Source: the human T2T-CHM13v2.0 reference genome, Homo sapiens
Length of the DNA stretch: 64,000 nucleotides
Direction: 5' to 3' (one strand)
Assembly (NCBI RefSeq): GCF_009914755.1
Contig: NC_060947.1
Shown here: positions 1-14,029 of the stretch, piece by piece
How positions within the stretch are numbered: the stretch's first letter is position 1
Layout: each line of letters begins with the position of its first letter
Program-made: the position numbers and the translations under genes
The notes under the pieces: model-generated
Databases searched by the model: none
The model's input: the letters and a program-made list of their open reading frames with translations, nothing else
What the model was told of the DNA's origin: nothing

Positions 1-510
1 CTCCTTCGGAGCACTTTTCTCAGTTGCAATTCTCCATTTATTCATGGGATAATATAATTGATATCTATCTTTCCCATCAGACTAGAAGTCTATTATAACA
101 GGTTCTTTTTATTTTTCTTCAGAGACAGGGTCTGTCTCTGTCACCAGGCTGGAGTGCAGTGGCATGATCATAGCTCACTGTAGCCCTGAGCTTCTGGCCT
201 CAAGCAAGCCTCCCACTCAGTCTCTCAAGTAGCTGGAACTACAAGCGTGTATCACCAAACCCGGCTAACTTTTAAATTTTTTGTAGAGACAAGGTCTCCC
301 TATGTTGCCTAGGCTGGTCTCAAACTCCTGGCTTCAAGCGATCTTCCCACCTTGGCCTCCCAAAGTGCTGGGACTATAGGTGTGTGCCACTGTGCCCAGC
401 TGAGAAGGGGTTCTGATCTGTCTTTCCTTACCATTGTATTCCAGCATCCAATACAGTGCCTGGCACAGAGTGGGAGTTAAACAAATGTTTGTTGAATGAA
501 TTAATGACAA
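1..510 (+). mobile_element. L2 3' end, interrupted by an Alu
   Basis: acagtgcctggcacagagt...aaatgtttgttgaatgaattaatga matches the L2 3' terminus; 1-100 is the preceding L2 segment. Confidence 0.75.
104..400 (-). mobile_element. AluJ-type SINE
   Basis: Antisense Alu dimer (gagacagggtct...atcatagctcactgtagcc...cctcccaaagtgctggga) with AluJ-type diagnostics. Confidence 0.9.
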
Positions 511-514
511 AGAG

Positions 515-1560
515 ACTATTGGTGACCTTAATGAGAGCAACTTAAGAGGTGAGATAGGTAAAGGTAAGGGGCTGTGGTCAGAAAATGTGATGACTACATG
601 AGGAATTTCAGAGGATCAGTACATTTGGGTCATGACTATGGAAGGGGTAGATTAGGAGTGGGGAGGGAAGTTTACTGAAATGAGATGGCTGGCACATGAA
701 GCAGGGCCCACTACTCCTTGAAAGTCTTCATGGCCATATATGGTGACAGGCAGATGCAGGGGTATGAAGAGGGCTCCAGTGTTTCTTTGCTTTCCTCTCT
801 TCCAAATTCAGGTCTCCTCAACAGTGGCCTTAGGCTCATTACTAGGCCCTTGGTTGTGGGTCCACAGAAGTGATAGCCACATAGAGGCAGCAGTTTCTCA
901 TAGACTGTCCCACAACTCCTCTTTGTCATTGACTTAAACAGCTAAACGTGCTTAACTTTCCATGTTTTCCTGCAAGCCCTGACTTGTCCACCACACCAGT
1001 GCTTTAGGGGGAGTCATTAGTAACTCTTGATCTGATCTTTCAATGCTCTCTTCTGGACCTTCACTTCCCAGCTCTTCCCACCCTTTTGCAAAGTCGGATT
1101 TCCCAGAATCCCCATAGTGGCTCTGCTTTCCTGACTGAACTATGACTGGTACAGTTATGGCTAGGTTCCTCTTGGACACCAAAGTCACCCAAAAGGATAG
1201 TCCAGCTTTGGAGTAGGAGGAAGACAGTAAACTAAATCTCCAGTGACTGAGGCGCCATGACTAGGAGGTCATTAGATGATGGCAACCAGGAGGGAAATAG
1301 AGTGGTGGAACCAACTAGATAGACTGAGTGGCTAAAAATTAGGGGGTTTTACATGCAGGTGGCAGAACAGTGGCCTGAGCAAAGCACTATAGAATGAGGA
1401 GAATGCTTACCCTTCTCCTACTCTTAGGTGAGGGGCTCCCAAGATACGCAGGTGAAAGCCAGGGCTCAGAATGAGAAGGTAGAGAAAGACTCCAGTTAAG
1501 AAAGCCAGACTAGAGTTTGATTTTATAGACTAGGGGTGGTTGAACAGTGCAGTGGCTGAA
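515..1560 (-). mobile_element. Degraded L2 fragment(s)
   Basis: attggtgaccttaatgagagca resembles antisense L2; ~1180-1200 reads ILLGDF on the minus strand (endonuclease-like motif). Confidence 0.45.
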
Positions 1561-1607
1561 CACCACTGTGCTGTTCATGTGTATGTGAAACAGCCACATA
1601 CACAAGT

Positions 1608-1780
1608 GAGCTTGAGAGAATTGTTTGCCTCCTCTGTGCCTCAATGTCCCCATCAGTGCAATGAGACCATGATAGTACCTACCTTATAGGACTACTGAGG
1701 AAATTAAAGGAGTTAATGCATGCAAAGTGCAAAGAACAATACTCCCTTAAAGTAGTGCTTAACAAGTAATACATACTCAC
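1608..1780 (+). mobile_element. MIR
   Basis: cctctgtgcctcaatgtccccatc...atagtacctaccttatagg is the MIR core. Confidence 0.75.
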
Positions 1781-1799
1781 TGAAGTTTTTTTTTTTTTT

Positions 1800-1975
1800 T
1801 TCATTTGGCCCTTATCAAAACTCTGAGGTGTCAGCAAGGTAGGGATTATTGCCCCCAGTTGAAGAATGTGATACCCTGAGAGGTTATGGAGTTTTCCAAG
1901 AATCACACTTAGGAATAGAGTTCAGACAAGTCCCTGGTCTCCTAACTTGCTGGCCAACACATTTTCTACCACTGC
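1800..1975 (-). mobile_element. MIR
   Basis: Antisense MIR core (aggtagggattattgccccc...gagaggtta...ccaagaatcacac). Confidence 0.6.
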
Positions 1976-2746
1976 TCCCTGCATTAGGAGTTCTGAGAAA
2001 TGGTGAGTGAACAGGTCAGATGATGAGTAGTGTTGCATAAGCCAGGAAATTCTTCTCATCAAATCATGCCTTCACAGAGCCCTCAGTTATAGCCACCCCA
2101 CCTAACAGTCACCCAGTCTTTACCATCAGCCCCTTCAAGCTGGGGTTCATCCTTTAATTGTCTCTGATTCCAGGTCCCTCCGCTGTTGGTCCTCAGAGCT
2201 GGTGGAAGATTGAATCTGCCCTTACCTGACCTAGTACATCCTACTGAGTTCCTGTTGAGCTTAATGTTCAGACAAACTAGTGATCTGATTAGCCCCAGTG
2301 TCTCCTGCTCTGGTTAGCCCCCTGCTGCTCTAATAGAGGAGGAGGGAGATTAAATGAGCAATGATGGTGAGGTGGTGGAGCTGCTGAAGTGTGTTTATAG
2401 ATGGATTTTTAATATAAAAAATAATGACAATTGGCACTGGCAATTAATATATAATGAAGGCCCAGTAGCTGGAGCTGCTGATAAGAGGATAATAAATTGA
2501 AGTGTGAGAAACCCCCAAACCAATAGAGTAAATATCTGGAAATATTCATACAACCAGTAACTATGCGCTTTCCTTTGCCATTGGTTAGGGTGATCCAAGA
2601 GGGGAGCAGACAAGCAGATAGCAGGAATTACCCTAATATCATGAAGGGCAGGGCAGAGTGGGATCCTTTTAGCAGGTGAAAGCAGGGTTCTTGGAAAATT
2701 AGCAAACAGTGGTGGCAAAAGCATCAGAGAAAGGAGCCTGACTCAC

Positions 2747-2828
2747 AGGCCTGGGTAGTGAAGGCTAGGAGGATGAGCAGGGCTCAGGGAGGTTACTGCT
2801 ATGATGACAATATTCCAGGGAAGAAAAT
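2747..2828 (-). pseudogene. Transmembrane-helix pseudo-exon
   Basis: tttttttttcag|ATTTTCTTCCCTGG...CAGGCCT|gtgagt; translates DFLPWNIVIIAVTSL / ALLILLAFTTQA with one 1-nt frameshift. Confidence 0.5.
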
Positions 2829-2894
2829 CTGAAAAAAAAATCATTCCAATGGGTTCAGGAATCTGAAATATCATCTCGCTGTAGCTCTGACTGC

Positions 2895-4990
2895 ATTTTA
2901 AAAAATAACAGTTTTATTGAGAAATAATTCACACACCGCAAAATTCACTCTTCCAAAGGGTACAATCCAGTGGTTTCTAAAGTACATTCACAGTTGTGCA
3001 ACCATCACCACTATCAATTTTGGAACATTTTCTTTTTTTTAACCACTTTATTGAGGTATATTGCATTAAAAGTTGTGCATATTTAATGTGTACATCTCAA
3101 GGAGTTTGGGGATAAGTATACGCCTGTGAAACCATCACCATTATCAAGGCCATAAATATTTCCATCACCTCCCACTGTTTCCTCCTGCCCTCTTTATTAT
3201 TGTTTTTGGGTGTGTGTTAACAACACTTCATAAGATCTAGTCTCTTACAGCATAGTATAGTAGATCTTCAGAACTTATTTATCTTGCATAACTAAAACAT
3301 TGTACCATTTGACCATCACTTCCCTATTTCTCTCTTCCCCCTTGTCTTTATCTGCCTGACTTATTTTACTTAACAAAATGCCCTCCAGGTTCATCCATGT
3401 TGTTGCAAATGTCAGGATTTCCTTCTTTTTTTAAAGGCTGAATAATATTCCACTGTACGTATGTACTAGACTTCCTTTATCCATTCATCCATCCATAGAC
3501 ATTTAGGTTGTTTCCATATCTTGGCTATTGTGAATAATGCTGCAGTGAACACAGGGGCACCAATATCTCTACAACATACTAATTTTCACTCTCTTGTTTG
3601 CGGTATTTTGTTTTGTTTTGTAGTTAGTTAGAGATGGGGTCTTGGTCTGTCACCCAAGCTAAAGTGCAGAGGTCCAATCATAGCTCACTGCAGCCTCAAA
3701 CTCCTGGACTCAAGAGATCCTCCTGCCTCGGCCTCCCAAGTATGCAGCTTTGATTTGCATTTCCTTGACAATTAATGATGTTGAGCACCTTTTTAATACC
3801 CGTTGGCCATTTATATGTCTTCTTTTGAGAAATGTATATTCAAGTCTTTTGACTATTTTTAAATCAGTTTATTTGCTTTTTTGCTCTTCAGTTGTATGAG
3901 TTCCTTGTGTATTTTGGATATTTATCCCTTATCAGTTATATGGCTTGCAAATATTTTCTCCTATTCCATAAGTTGCCTTTTCATTTTGTTGATTGCTTTC
4001 TTTGTTGTGCAGAAGATTTTCAGTTTGATGCAATCCCATTAGTTTATTTATCAGTCACCCTTCATTCCTCCAGCCCTGACAACCACTAGTCTTCTTCCTG
4101 TTTCTGTGGATTTGCTGACTCTGGACATTTTATATAAATGGACATTTTATACAAACCATACAATAGGTGGCCTTTTGTGTCTTGCTTCTTTTACTTAGCA
4201 TAATGTTTTAAAGGTTCATCTATGTTGTAGCATGTATCAGACCATCATTCCCTTTTATGGCTGAATAATATTCCAATGTATGGATATAATGCATTTTGTT
4301 TATCCATTCATCAGTTGGTGGACATCTGAATTGTTTCCACTTGAGGGATCTTATGAATAATGCTGCTATAAATATTCATAGAAAAATTTTCTATGAAAAA
4401 TATGTGTAGACATATTTTTTTTCATTTCTCTTGGGTATATAGCTAGGAATGAAATTGCTAAGTCTTATGATAACACTCTATGTTCAACTTTCTAAGGAAC
4501 GGCCAAACATTTTCACAACAGCTACACAATTTTGCATTCTCACCAGTAATGTATGAGAGTTCCAATTTCTGTACATCCTCACCAACATTTATCTTCCAAA
4601 TTTTAAAAAAATATAGCCATCATAGTGTGTGTGAAGAGGTATCTCATTGCGGTTTTCGTTTGCACTTCTCTAATGACTAGTAGTGTGGAATATGTTTTCA
4701 TGTATTTATTGGCCATTTGTATATCTTCTTTGGAGAACTGTCTATTCAGAACTTTTGCCCAATTTTTAATTGGGTTGTTTGTCTTTTTATGGCTGAGTTG
4801 TAATGTTTCTTTATGTATTCTGGATACTAGATCCTTTCAGATATATTATTTATGAATATTTTCTTCCATTCTATGTGCTTTGTTTTCACTTTCTTGACAG
4901 TGTCCTTTGATACACGAAAAGTTTTAGTTGCGATGAAATCCAGTTAATTTCTCTTTTCTTTTGTTGCTTGTCCTTTTAGTGTCATCTGAC
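2895..4990 (-). mobile_element. L1MB-type 3' fragments (nested), with an Alu monomer at ~3600-3742
   Basis: Antisense L1M 3'UTR/ORF2-end motifs (ggctgaataatattcc, ttggccatttgtatatcttctttggagaa). Confidence 0.85.
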
Positions 4991-5518
4991 TGCCTTTTTA
5001 AGGCAGTGGTTCTTGATCTTTCCTATCCTATGACCACTCCAACCCCAACTCCAATCACACTATTGAAGATCTTTGGTCCCAAGCAAATAAATTAAAAGCT
5101 GACTTTTCTGAGAACTTGTTGATATGCTTCCCGGCCTTCTGCTATGATGTGGTTAATTGACGGGCAGCTGTGAGGCCAGACTCAATCACAATGGGATGGA
5201 GGGAGGCAGTAGCAAGTTATATTTCCATAGCTCTACAACCCAAATGCACTCAACTATTTCCATTAGTAGTTGAAGGTTGTTATAATACAGTTGAAGAAAT
5301 GTCACCTTTGCAGTGGCTGAACAATGCAAAGATGGGACATTTTTCAAATGACTTTAGTATCGATGGCAATAAATATGGTTGTTTTAATGAAAGCACTAAA
5401 GGCAAAGTAATACTGGTAATAACCATAACTGATATGAACACTCTGTTTCCCACCAAGACTAATCCTAGACTGAAACCTATACCATGTAAGCCTCTGTGTT
5501 TCTTCTCCATGTCTTTGA

Positions 5519-6369
<851 letters not shown>

Positions 6370-6647
6370 ACTTTACATGCCCAACTTTTACTCGACTTTT
6401 AAAGTCCAGCTCACCTTCTTCATGAAGCTTTCCCTGACTTCCCTCATCCTTTACCCTTAAAGCAACCTGAGGTGAGGGGTGCTAGTCAACTGTGTGTAGA
6501 CTGATGACTTGCAAAGAGCCAAGGTTCAGGAGGAGGAGGTAGAGAAAGCCTCAAGTTGAGAGAGCCAGACTGAAGAGGAGTTTGATTTTATAGACCGGGG
6601 GCAACTGAATAGTGCAATGGTGAAACACTTAGTGGCTAATATGCTAT

Positions 6648-6810
6648 GGCCTTGGGAAAATTTTTGCCTTCCCTGTGCTTCAGTTTCCCATCTATTCAAT
6701 GAGATTATATTAGTATCTACCTCATAAGCATGTTAAGGAAATTAAATTAATTCATAAATGCAAAGGACTAAGGGTGATGCTCCTTTAGAGCAGTTTTTGA
6801 CAAGTAATGT
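6648..6810 (+). mobile_element. MIR
   Basis: ccttgggaaaa...ctgtgcttcagtttcccatct...tagtatctacctcataag. Confidence 0.75.
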
Positions 6811-7039
6811 GTACTTATTAAAGGCTTTATTTATATATTTTAATATTGTATTTGGTTAAAAGCTCAGGCTTCTCATGTGAGAAGCCCAGGGGCAGATCTC
6901 AAGGGCTCAAGTTCCATTCCACAGGAAGTTCTCACAGATGTTAAAATATGCACAGAGCAGACTGGGATATGTGAGGTAGCAAAGACTCCTGTACCATAGC
7001 AGTGTCTCTAGTAAAATTTGGATATAGAATTTGGAGCAG

Positions 7040-7660
7040 ACATAAAAATATCTGAAAATAAATTCTTAGAATTAATAAGTGACATCATTTATATAGACCA
7101 GCAACAAACAAATAGAAAAAATTTACATGATAAAATTGACAATTGCAACAAAAGCATCAATTATGTAGAATTTAGTATAAAAACGATGTATACAACCTTC
7201 ATAATGAATGCTACAGGGCATTACTGATAGAAATTTTAAAAGACCTAGAGAAATGGAGATATATATCATGTTCACAGATTGAAAGAGTCAATATTGTTTA
7301 GATGTTAATTCTCCCAAAATTGATCTACAGATCCAATATGATTCCAATAAAAATAACAGTAGGTTGTGTGTGTGTAAATTGACAAGCTGATTATGAAATT
7401 TATATGGAAATGCAAAGGGTTGAGAATAGGTAAGACTGTCCTGAAGAATAACAGAACTGGGGGCAGTTACACCGCCTTATATCAGGATTTATAAAGCCAC
7501 ATTAATTAAGATAGTGTGTTATTGTCACAAGGATATAAAAAATATTCCTGAACAATGAAACAGAACAGAGTCCAGAGACTGATCGAATACATGTCATTTG
7601 ACTTATGTAAAAGATGAAACTGCAGAGCAGTGGAGGAAGGATGGCCTTTTTAATGGTGCT
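7040..7660 (+). mobile_element. Old L1M(E) ORF2 fragment
   Basis: aaatggagatatatatcatgttca...attctcccaaaattgatctacagatccaat. Confidence 0.8.
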
Positions 7661-7784
7661 GGGCCTCACCATTCTTCTCAGACCTGAAGTTAAGCACCAC
7701 TTCTTGAACTCTGCCCACAATTTGCACCAATTTGTTAATTACATCACCAAAGGAGAAAATATCAGAGGAGAGGGCTGGGGTCCT

Positions 7785-8204
7785 TATGTGGTTTGGATAT
7801 TTGTCCCCTCCAAATCTCATTTTGAAATGTGATCCCCAATGTTGGAGGTGGGGCGTGGTGAGAGGTGTCTGGGTCAATGGGAGTGGATCCCTCATGAATG
7901 GCTTGGTGCCTTCCTTGTAGAGATTAGTGAGTAGTCACTTTGAGTTCACATGAGAACTGGTTGTTAAGGGCAGTTAGGGACCTCCCCCTTTTCTCTCTTG
8001 CCCCCTCTCTTGCCATGTGACATGCCTGTTTTCCCTTCACCTTCTGCAATGAGTGAAAGTTTCCTGGGGCCTTGCCAGAAGCTGAGCAGATGCTGGTGCC
8101 ATGCTTGTGCAGCCTGCAGAATCATGAGCCAAATAAACCTCCTTTCTTTATAAATTATGCAGTCTCAGGTATTCCTGCATAGCAACACAAAATGGTCTAA
8201 TACA
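7785..8204 (+). mobile_element. MST-family MaLR solo LTR (MSTB-like)
   Basis: tgtggtttggatatttgtcccctccaaatctca...ctaataca. Confidence 0.85.
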
Positions 8205-8219
8205 CTTCCTAAGAAACAC

Positions 8220-9000
<781 letters not shown>

Positions 9001-9039
9001 ACCATAACGAATTATGTGGCTGACTTTATTTTAAAAACA

Positions 9040-9245
9040 TTTCACGCATTTTCTTATTTGATCCTCACCGACCCTGTGAGGTAGGTAGATGCAATTATTA
9101 ACCCAAGTTTACAGCTGAGGAAACGGGCTCAGAGAGATAAAGCAACCTAGCCTAGGTTGCAGAGATAATAAGTGGCAAACTAAGTTCTGATCCCAAGCAA
9201 GTGTCACCAGAGTCTGGGCTCTTAGCCAACATACAACATTGCCTC
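9040..9245 (-). mobile_element. MIR
   Basis: ccctgtgaggtagg...ttacagctgaggaaacgggctcagagag. Confidence 0.8.
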
Positions 9246-9415
9246 CCAGATAAGAGGAAGTAAGTAGAAAGACTGGAGAGAAAGAAAGGCGAGAGGAAAT
9301 TCGTGAGGTGCTGAAAGTCTGAAGATCCTGGGAACCAGTACCCAGGGAAGGGATTGACCTAGGATGGAGAGAGGGTGGACCTCTCTCTAAGTGAGACACA
9401 CAGCTAGGAAGTGGC

Positions 9416-9932
9416 TGTGATGTTTAATATTGAGTGTCAATTTCACTGGATTGATGGATGCAAAGTATTGTTCCTGGGTGTGTCTGTGAGGGTGTTGCCA
9501 AAGGAGATTAACATTTGAGTCAGTGGGCTGGGAGAGGCAGACCCACCCTCAATCTGGGTAGGCACCATCCAATCAGCTGCCAGCATGGCTAGGATAAAAG
9601 CAGACAGAGGAACGTGGAAGAACTAGACTGGCTTAGTCTCCCAGCTTCCATCTTTTTCCTATGCTGGATGCTTCCTGCCCTCAAACATCAGACTCCAAGT
9701 TCTTCAGCTTTTGGACTCTTGGACCTTCAACCACAGACTGAAGGCCGCACTGTCAGCTTCCCTACTTTTGAGGTTTTGGGACTCAGACTGACTTCCTTGC
9801 TTGTCAGCGTGCAGATGTCCTATTGTGGGACTTCACCTTGTGATCATGTGAGTCAATACTCCTTTATAAGTTCTCTTTCATATATACATCTATTCTATTA
9901 GTCCTGTCCTCTGGAGAACCCTGACTAATACA
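9416..9932 (+). mobile_element. MLT2A1-like (HERV-L) solo LTR
   Basis: tgtgatgtttaatattgagtgtcaa...gagaaccctgactaataca with TG...CA ends. Confidence 0.88.
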
Positions 9933-10384
9933 GAATTCAAACCCAGGACTCACTGCAGAGAGTGGATTGGAGAAAACAGAAAATGTCTTCGTGGGCTTGT
10001 AGATGAGAAGCAAGGCCTGGTTTACTCAATCATGTCAAACGTGAGGCTGCTTTAGGATAACCCAGAGGAAGCAGGTGTTATTTTTCTTTTCTTTTTTTTT
10101 TTTTTAAGCAGCCAGCTTCCATGCACAGAGAAGGCAGCTGGGAGGCAAGGGATCAGTGCTCAACTTCAACTCTGCCACTGACTCACTGAGGGACCAGCAA
10201 GTACATTGTCCTCAGCATCCATCTAAGCTCAACCTCTCTTATCTGTCTTGCAGCCTATGCAACACAATCACAAGTAAGTGACCACTCCAACTTTCTGTTT
10301 TACTTTAGGCCCTCTAAGATCATCCGGGCAGGTCCACCCTATCCCAGGTCTCCCACTTTCGTTAATGCAGCAAATAATTAATTG

Positions 10385-10556
10385 CCTTCTTTTTACTTTC
10401 TTTTCCTCTCTCTCTCTTTAATTTTGAGACAGGCTCTCGCTCTGTCACCCAGGTTGAAGTGTAGTGGCACGATCTCAGTTCACTGCAGCTTCAAACTCCT
10501 GGGCTCAAGCCATCTTCCTGCCTCAGCCTTCAGAGGAGCTAGGACCACAGGCACCT
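10385..10556 (-). mobile_element. AluJ monomer/fragment
   Basis: gagacaggctctcgctctgtcacccagg...ctcctgggctcaagccatc. Confidence 0.8.
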
Positions 10557-10559
10557 GGT

Positions 10560-12155
10560 TTGATTGCCTTCTTTGTGTTAGGCACTACACTAGTGGCTGG
10601 GAATCTAGGGGTGAACAAGTCAGACAAGATCTATGCCATCAGGAAGCCTGTGGTCTGCAGGGGGCCACAGGCCACTAAGAAGCAACTTCACAAGATGCTT
10701 GCATGAAAGACTGTTATGAGTGCTATGAGATTAAAGAACAGAATACCGTCCTGGAGAGAATGAAAGGATGGCTGAGCTACTGCCAACAGGATGGTCAAGG
10801 ATGGTGTCTCTTGAGGAAGTGATGTTTGAACAGAGACTTGGATGTTGTGAAGGAGACAGTTATGTGATGATCTGTGGACAGAGCATTCCAGGTTTGGGAA
10901 ATGGTAGTAATAAAAGTGCTGAGGCAGGAACAAACTTCACGTGTTAGAGGGATGGCAAGAAAACCAGTGTAGCTGGGTGGAGAGAGTGAGAAGGAGAGAG
11001 GGAGATGAGGTCATAGAGGAGATAGCCAAATAATGGCTTCCCCACAAGATGACCACACCTTAATTCCTGGAACCTATGAATATGTTAGGTTGCATAGCAA
11101 AAGGGACTTTGCTGAGGTGATTAAGGTCACAGGCCTTAACATAGGGAGATTCATCCTGGATTAACCAAGTGAGTTCAGTCATGTCAAATGAGCCCTTAAA
11201 AGCAGGGACTTTTTCTGGCTGGAGTCAGAAAAGATGCAGTAGAAGTCAGAGAGATTCAAAGTGTGAGAGCGACTGGACATACCATTGCTGGCTCTAAGTT
11301 GTAGGGATCATAGTCAAGGGCCGGAGAGCAGTCTCTGTGAGCTAAGAGTAGTTCCTGCCTGACAGCCAGCAAGAAAATGGGGACCTTAGTCTTATAACAG
11401 CAAGGAACTGTACTCTGCCAACAACCTGAATGAGCTTGGAAGCAGATTCTTCCCACAGTTTCCTGATAAGAGCCCAGCCCACCAACACCTTGATTTTAGC
11501 CTTGTAAGACTCAGAGCAGAGAAACTAGTTGAGTCCCCTCAGACTTCTTCTCCCCTCCAGAATGTGAGATAGTAAATCTGTGTTGTTTTAAGCCACTGAG
11601 TTTGTGGTAGTTTTTATAGCAGCCACAGGAAACTAATACACCATGGTAAGGACTTTAGATTCAATCTAAGTGTCCGGGGAAGCCACTGGGAGGCTTTAAG
11701 CAGAGAAGTGACATGATTTGATTTCCATTTTCAAAGTTCACCATGGCAGCTGTGGGGCAAATGGACTGCAAAGGAGCAAGAGTGGAGGTTGGGAGCTGAA
11801 TTAGGCTTTTGCAGTTGGTCAGCAGACAGGTGATGATGGCTTGGACAAGGGGGTGGCAGTTAGGGTGGAGAAAAGTAAGCAGATTCAAGATATGTTTTGG
11901 AGTTAGAAACTCAATGACGAATATATGCAAAGATGGAGGGAAAGATCAAGAATAACATTCTGGTTTGAGCAACTGGATGGATTATGGAGCCATTTCCTGA
12001 GACGCGGAAAACTAGATGAAGTGCGGGTTTTTTTTTTTCTAGGGCGGGAGCTGGGCAGGGTTCAGAGCAGTGGATGGGCAGAGAGCTGAGAAGGAAGACA
12101 ATGGGCTCAGTGTGGGCATGTGTGTGGAGTTTCGGGTCGGCAGCTAGATGTCAGG
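10560..12155 (-). mobile_element. L2, interrupted by an MLT1 LTR
   Basis: gggaagccactgggaggctttaagcagagaagtgacatgat and other antisense L2 motifs. Confidence 0.8.
11015..11640 (+). mobile_element. MLT1 (D/E-like) MaLR LTR
   Basis: cctggaacctatgaatatgtt...tgttgttttaagccactgagtttgtggt...ggaaactaataca. Confidence 0.85.
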
Positions 12156-12189
12156 GTTGGATCTGAGGGGAGAGAATAGCTTGTGATTT

Positions 12190-12810
12190 CTTGGACCAGC
12201 CAATCAGAAAGCTTCCTGGATTCCTCTAGACCTCCCCAGTTGTGGCTTCAGGTGGAGCTGTCTGTAGAAACTCCAGGTTGGTAGGTGACAAATAATAGTG
12301 ACTCCTCTTCCTGAGTCCTGGCATTCCTTACTCAAGGAACACTCAGCGGCCTGAACATGTTGAGGAATATTTTTTGTGTGTGGCCAGAAAGCCTACAGAA
12401 GGCAAAGAGGCATGGGGGGTTGACGGCCTTCTCCATTGCCAGGGGTGGCATGCAGGTGGGCAGTAACTCCCCATTCCTGGGTCACTGAAGGGACCAGGAT
12501 CCATTCTCCAGATGGAGAATGCAATAGGCTCTGGGACTTCTGGCAGCTCCCACCTGACCTCTGCTTGCTCTGGTACAAGCACAGTGTTGAAGCCCAGAGG
12601 AGGTCTTCCTGGACCAAGTCCTAATTATTCCAGGCATGTCCATGATGCCATAATTTTTTAAATTTAATTTTATTTTTATTATACTTTAAGTTCTAGGGTA
12701 CATGTGCACAATGTGCAGGTTTGTTACATATGTATACATGTGCCATGTTGGTGTGCTGCACCAATTAACTCGTCATTTACATGATGCTATAATTCTAAAT
12801 AAGGTGTCAT
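12190..12810 (-). pseudogene. SEA-domain-like pseudo-exons
   Basis: NYSIMDM..DLVQ..TSS.GFNT, then after acceptor ctctttgccttctgtag: LSGHTQKIFLNMFRPLS / FLE*GMPGLRKRS / TII / VTYQ / LEFLQ; needs several frameshift corrections. Confidence 0.45.
12656..12779 (-). mobile_element. Extremely 5'-truncated L1PA 3' stub
   Basis: ttatactttaagttctagggtacatgtgcacaa; 15-bp TSD catgatgc(c/t)ataatt at 12641-12655 and 12780-12794. Confidence 0.92.
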
Positions 12811-13531
12811 CCTGGTGTGGGAGGTCCCTGGGCCAGCCAAGGAGACCCAGCCATTCCTGTGATGCCTCACCACATCACAGGGGGGAAGGCTGGGGAAATC
12901 TAAGGAAATGTAAGGAAGATGGTACTATTTTCTCTCCTCTCTACCCTATCAATGGCCCTGGATTGCCCATGCAAGCACAGCCTGGGAGTAGACACAAAGC
13001 CACTGAAGACAGTTGTTCCACATCTCTGGAATTCGCAAGCCATTTTCTGCTTGAAGCCAGAAATAAGGATAGCACATTGGCATTCTTCCTCAGAACCTCC
13101 TGGACCTGCTGACCAGGCAGAGCCCTCACCCAGACTCCCTATCAGGGTAGGAGAATTAGACACAATTTAAGGCACCAACCAGTTCACAGAACTCATGCTG
13201 GTCTTTACTCTAACGTCAAAGGACAGCCACAGAGCTGACTCCCTGTCCCATGGGCTATGAATCTTGCTATCAGCTTTGAGTCTTCTGTCATCAACTGTAC
13301 TACCCTTATTGTAGCAGCCATCTACAGGCTTCTGGATCATTCTCCTTCATTTCTTGGGAATCCACAGGTAAACAAGCTAGACACTGACCCCCAGTTAGCC
13401 CTGGCTCACCATCACTCTCTCTAACACTACTCCTTCCATAATTCTTGGTTATAACCACACAGATGATTCTTCCAATATTCTGGCTTCTCCTTTCCTTGAA
13501 CTTCTTTCTCTGAATGATCTTGTCCATCACT

Positions 13532-13960
13532 TGCATCAGCCAGAGTCTATTCAGGAAACAAAAACATGACAGTTATTTGAACAGATAATTGTGAAGTAGG
13601 TATAAAGTTGTTAACCGGGTAACTGAAAGTGTAAAAGCAGGTACCATGGAGGCAACTGCAGGAAGCAGCTCCCATCCCGGGGCTAAGGGAACAGAGGGGA
13701 TAATTACAACTTAGAAACTTATAAGAGGAGTCCTGTGAACCTGGATCAAGACCTCTGAGGATGCAGTGTGGATGGTGGGTGCTACTGTCTTTAAGCTTGG
13801 AAAAGAGTCCCAGGCAGCTGGGACTCAGACCTCAGAGGGGGGTGCTGGCTAATGCTGATGTCACTGAATTTGGAGGAGGACCTATGGGGCTGGGACCTAG
13901 ACCTCTGAGGAGGGAACTCTGGGTGGCTTTTTCTCTCTTTCTGAGCTCAGTGGAGGGGAC
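13532..13960. mobile_element. Probable old ERVL/MaLR-type LTR
   Basis: Begins tgcatcagccagagtctattcaggaaac, like antisense old LTR ends; interrupts an L2. Confidence 0.4.
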
Positions 13961-14029
13961 CAGATCTCTAAGTGTGCATGCATGTTCGGCAATAGGAAGG
14001 TTGGGGTGGGAAGGATGCACCAGTTGCAA

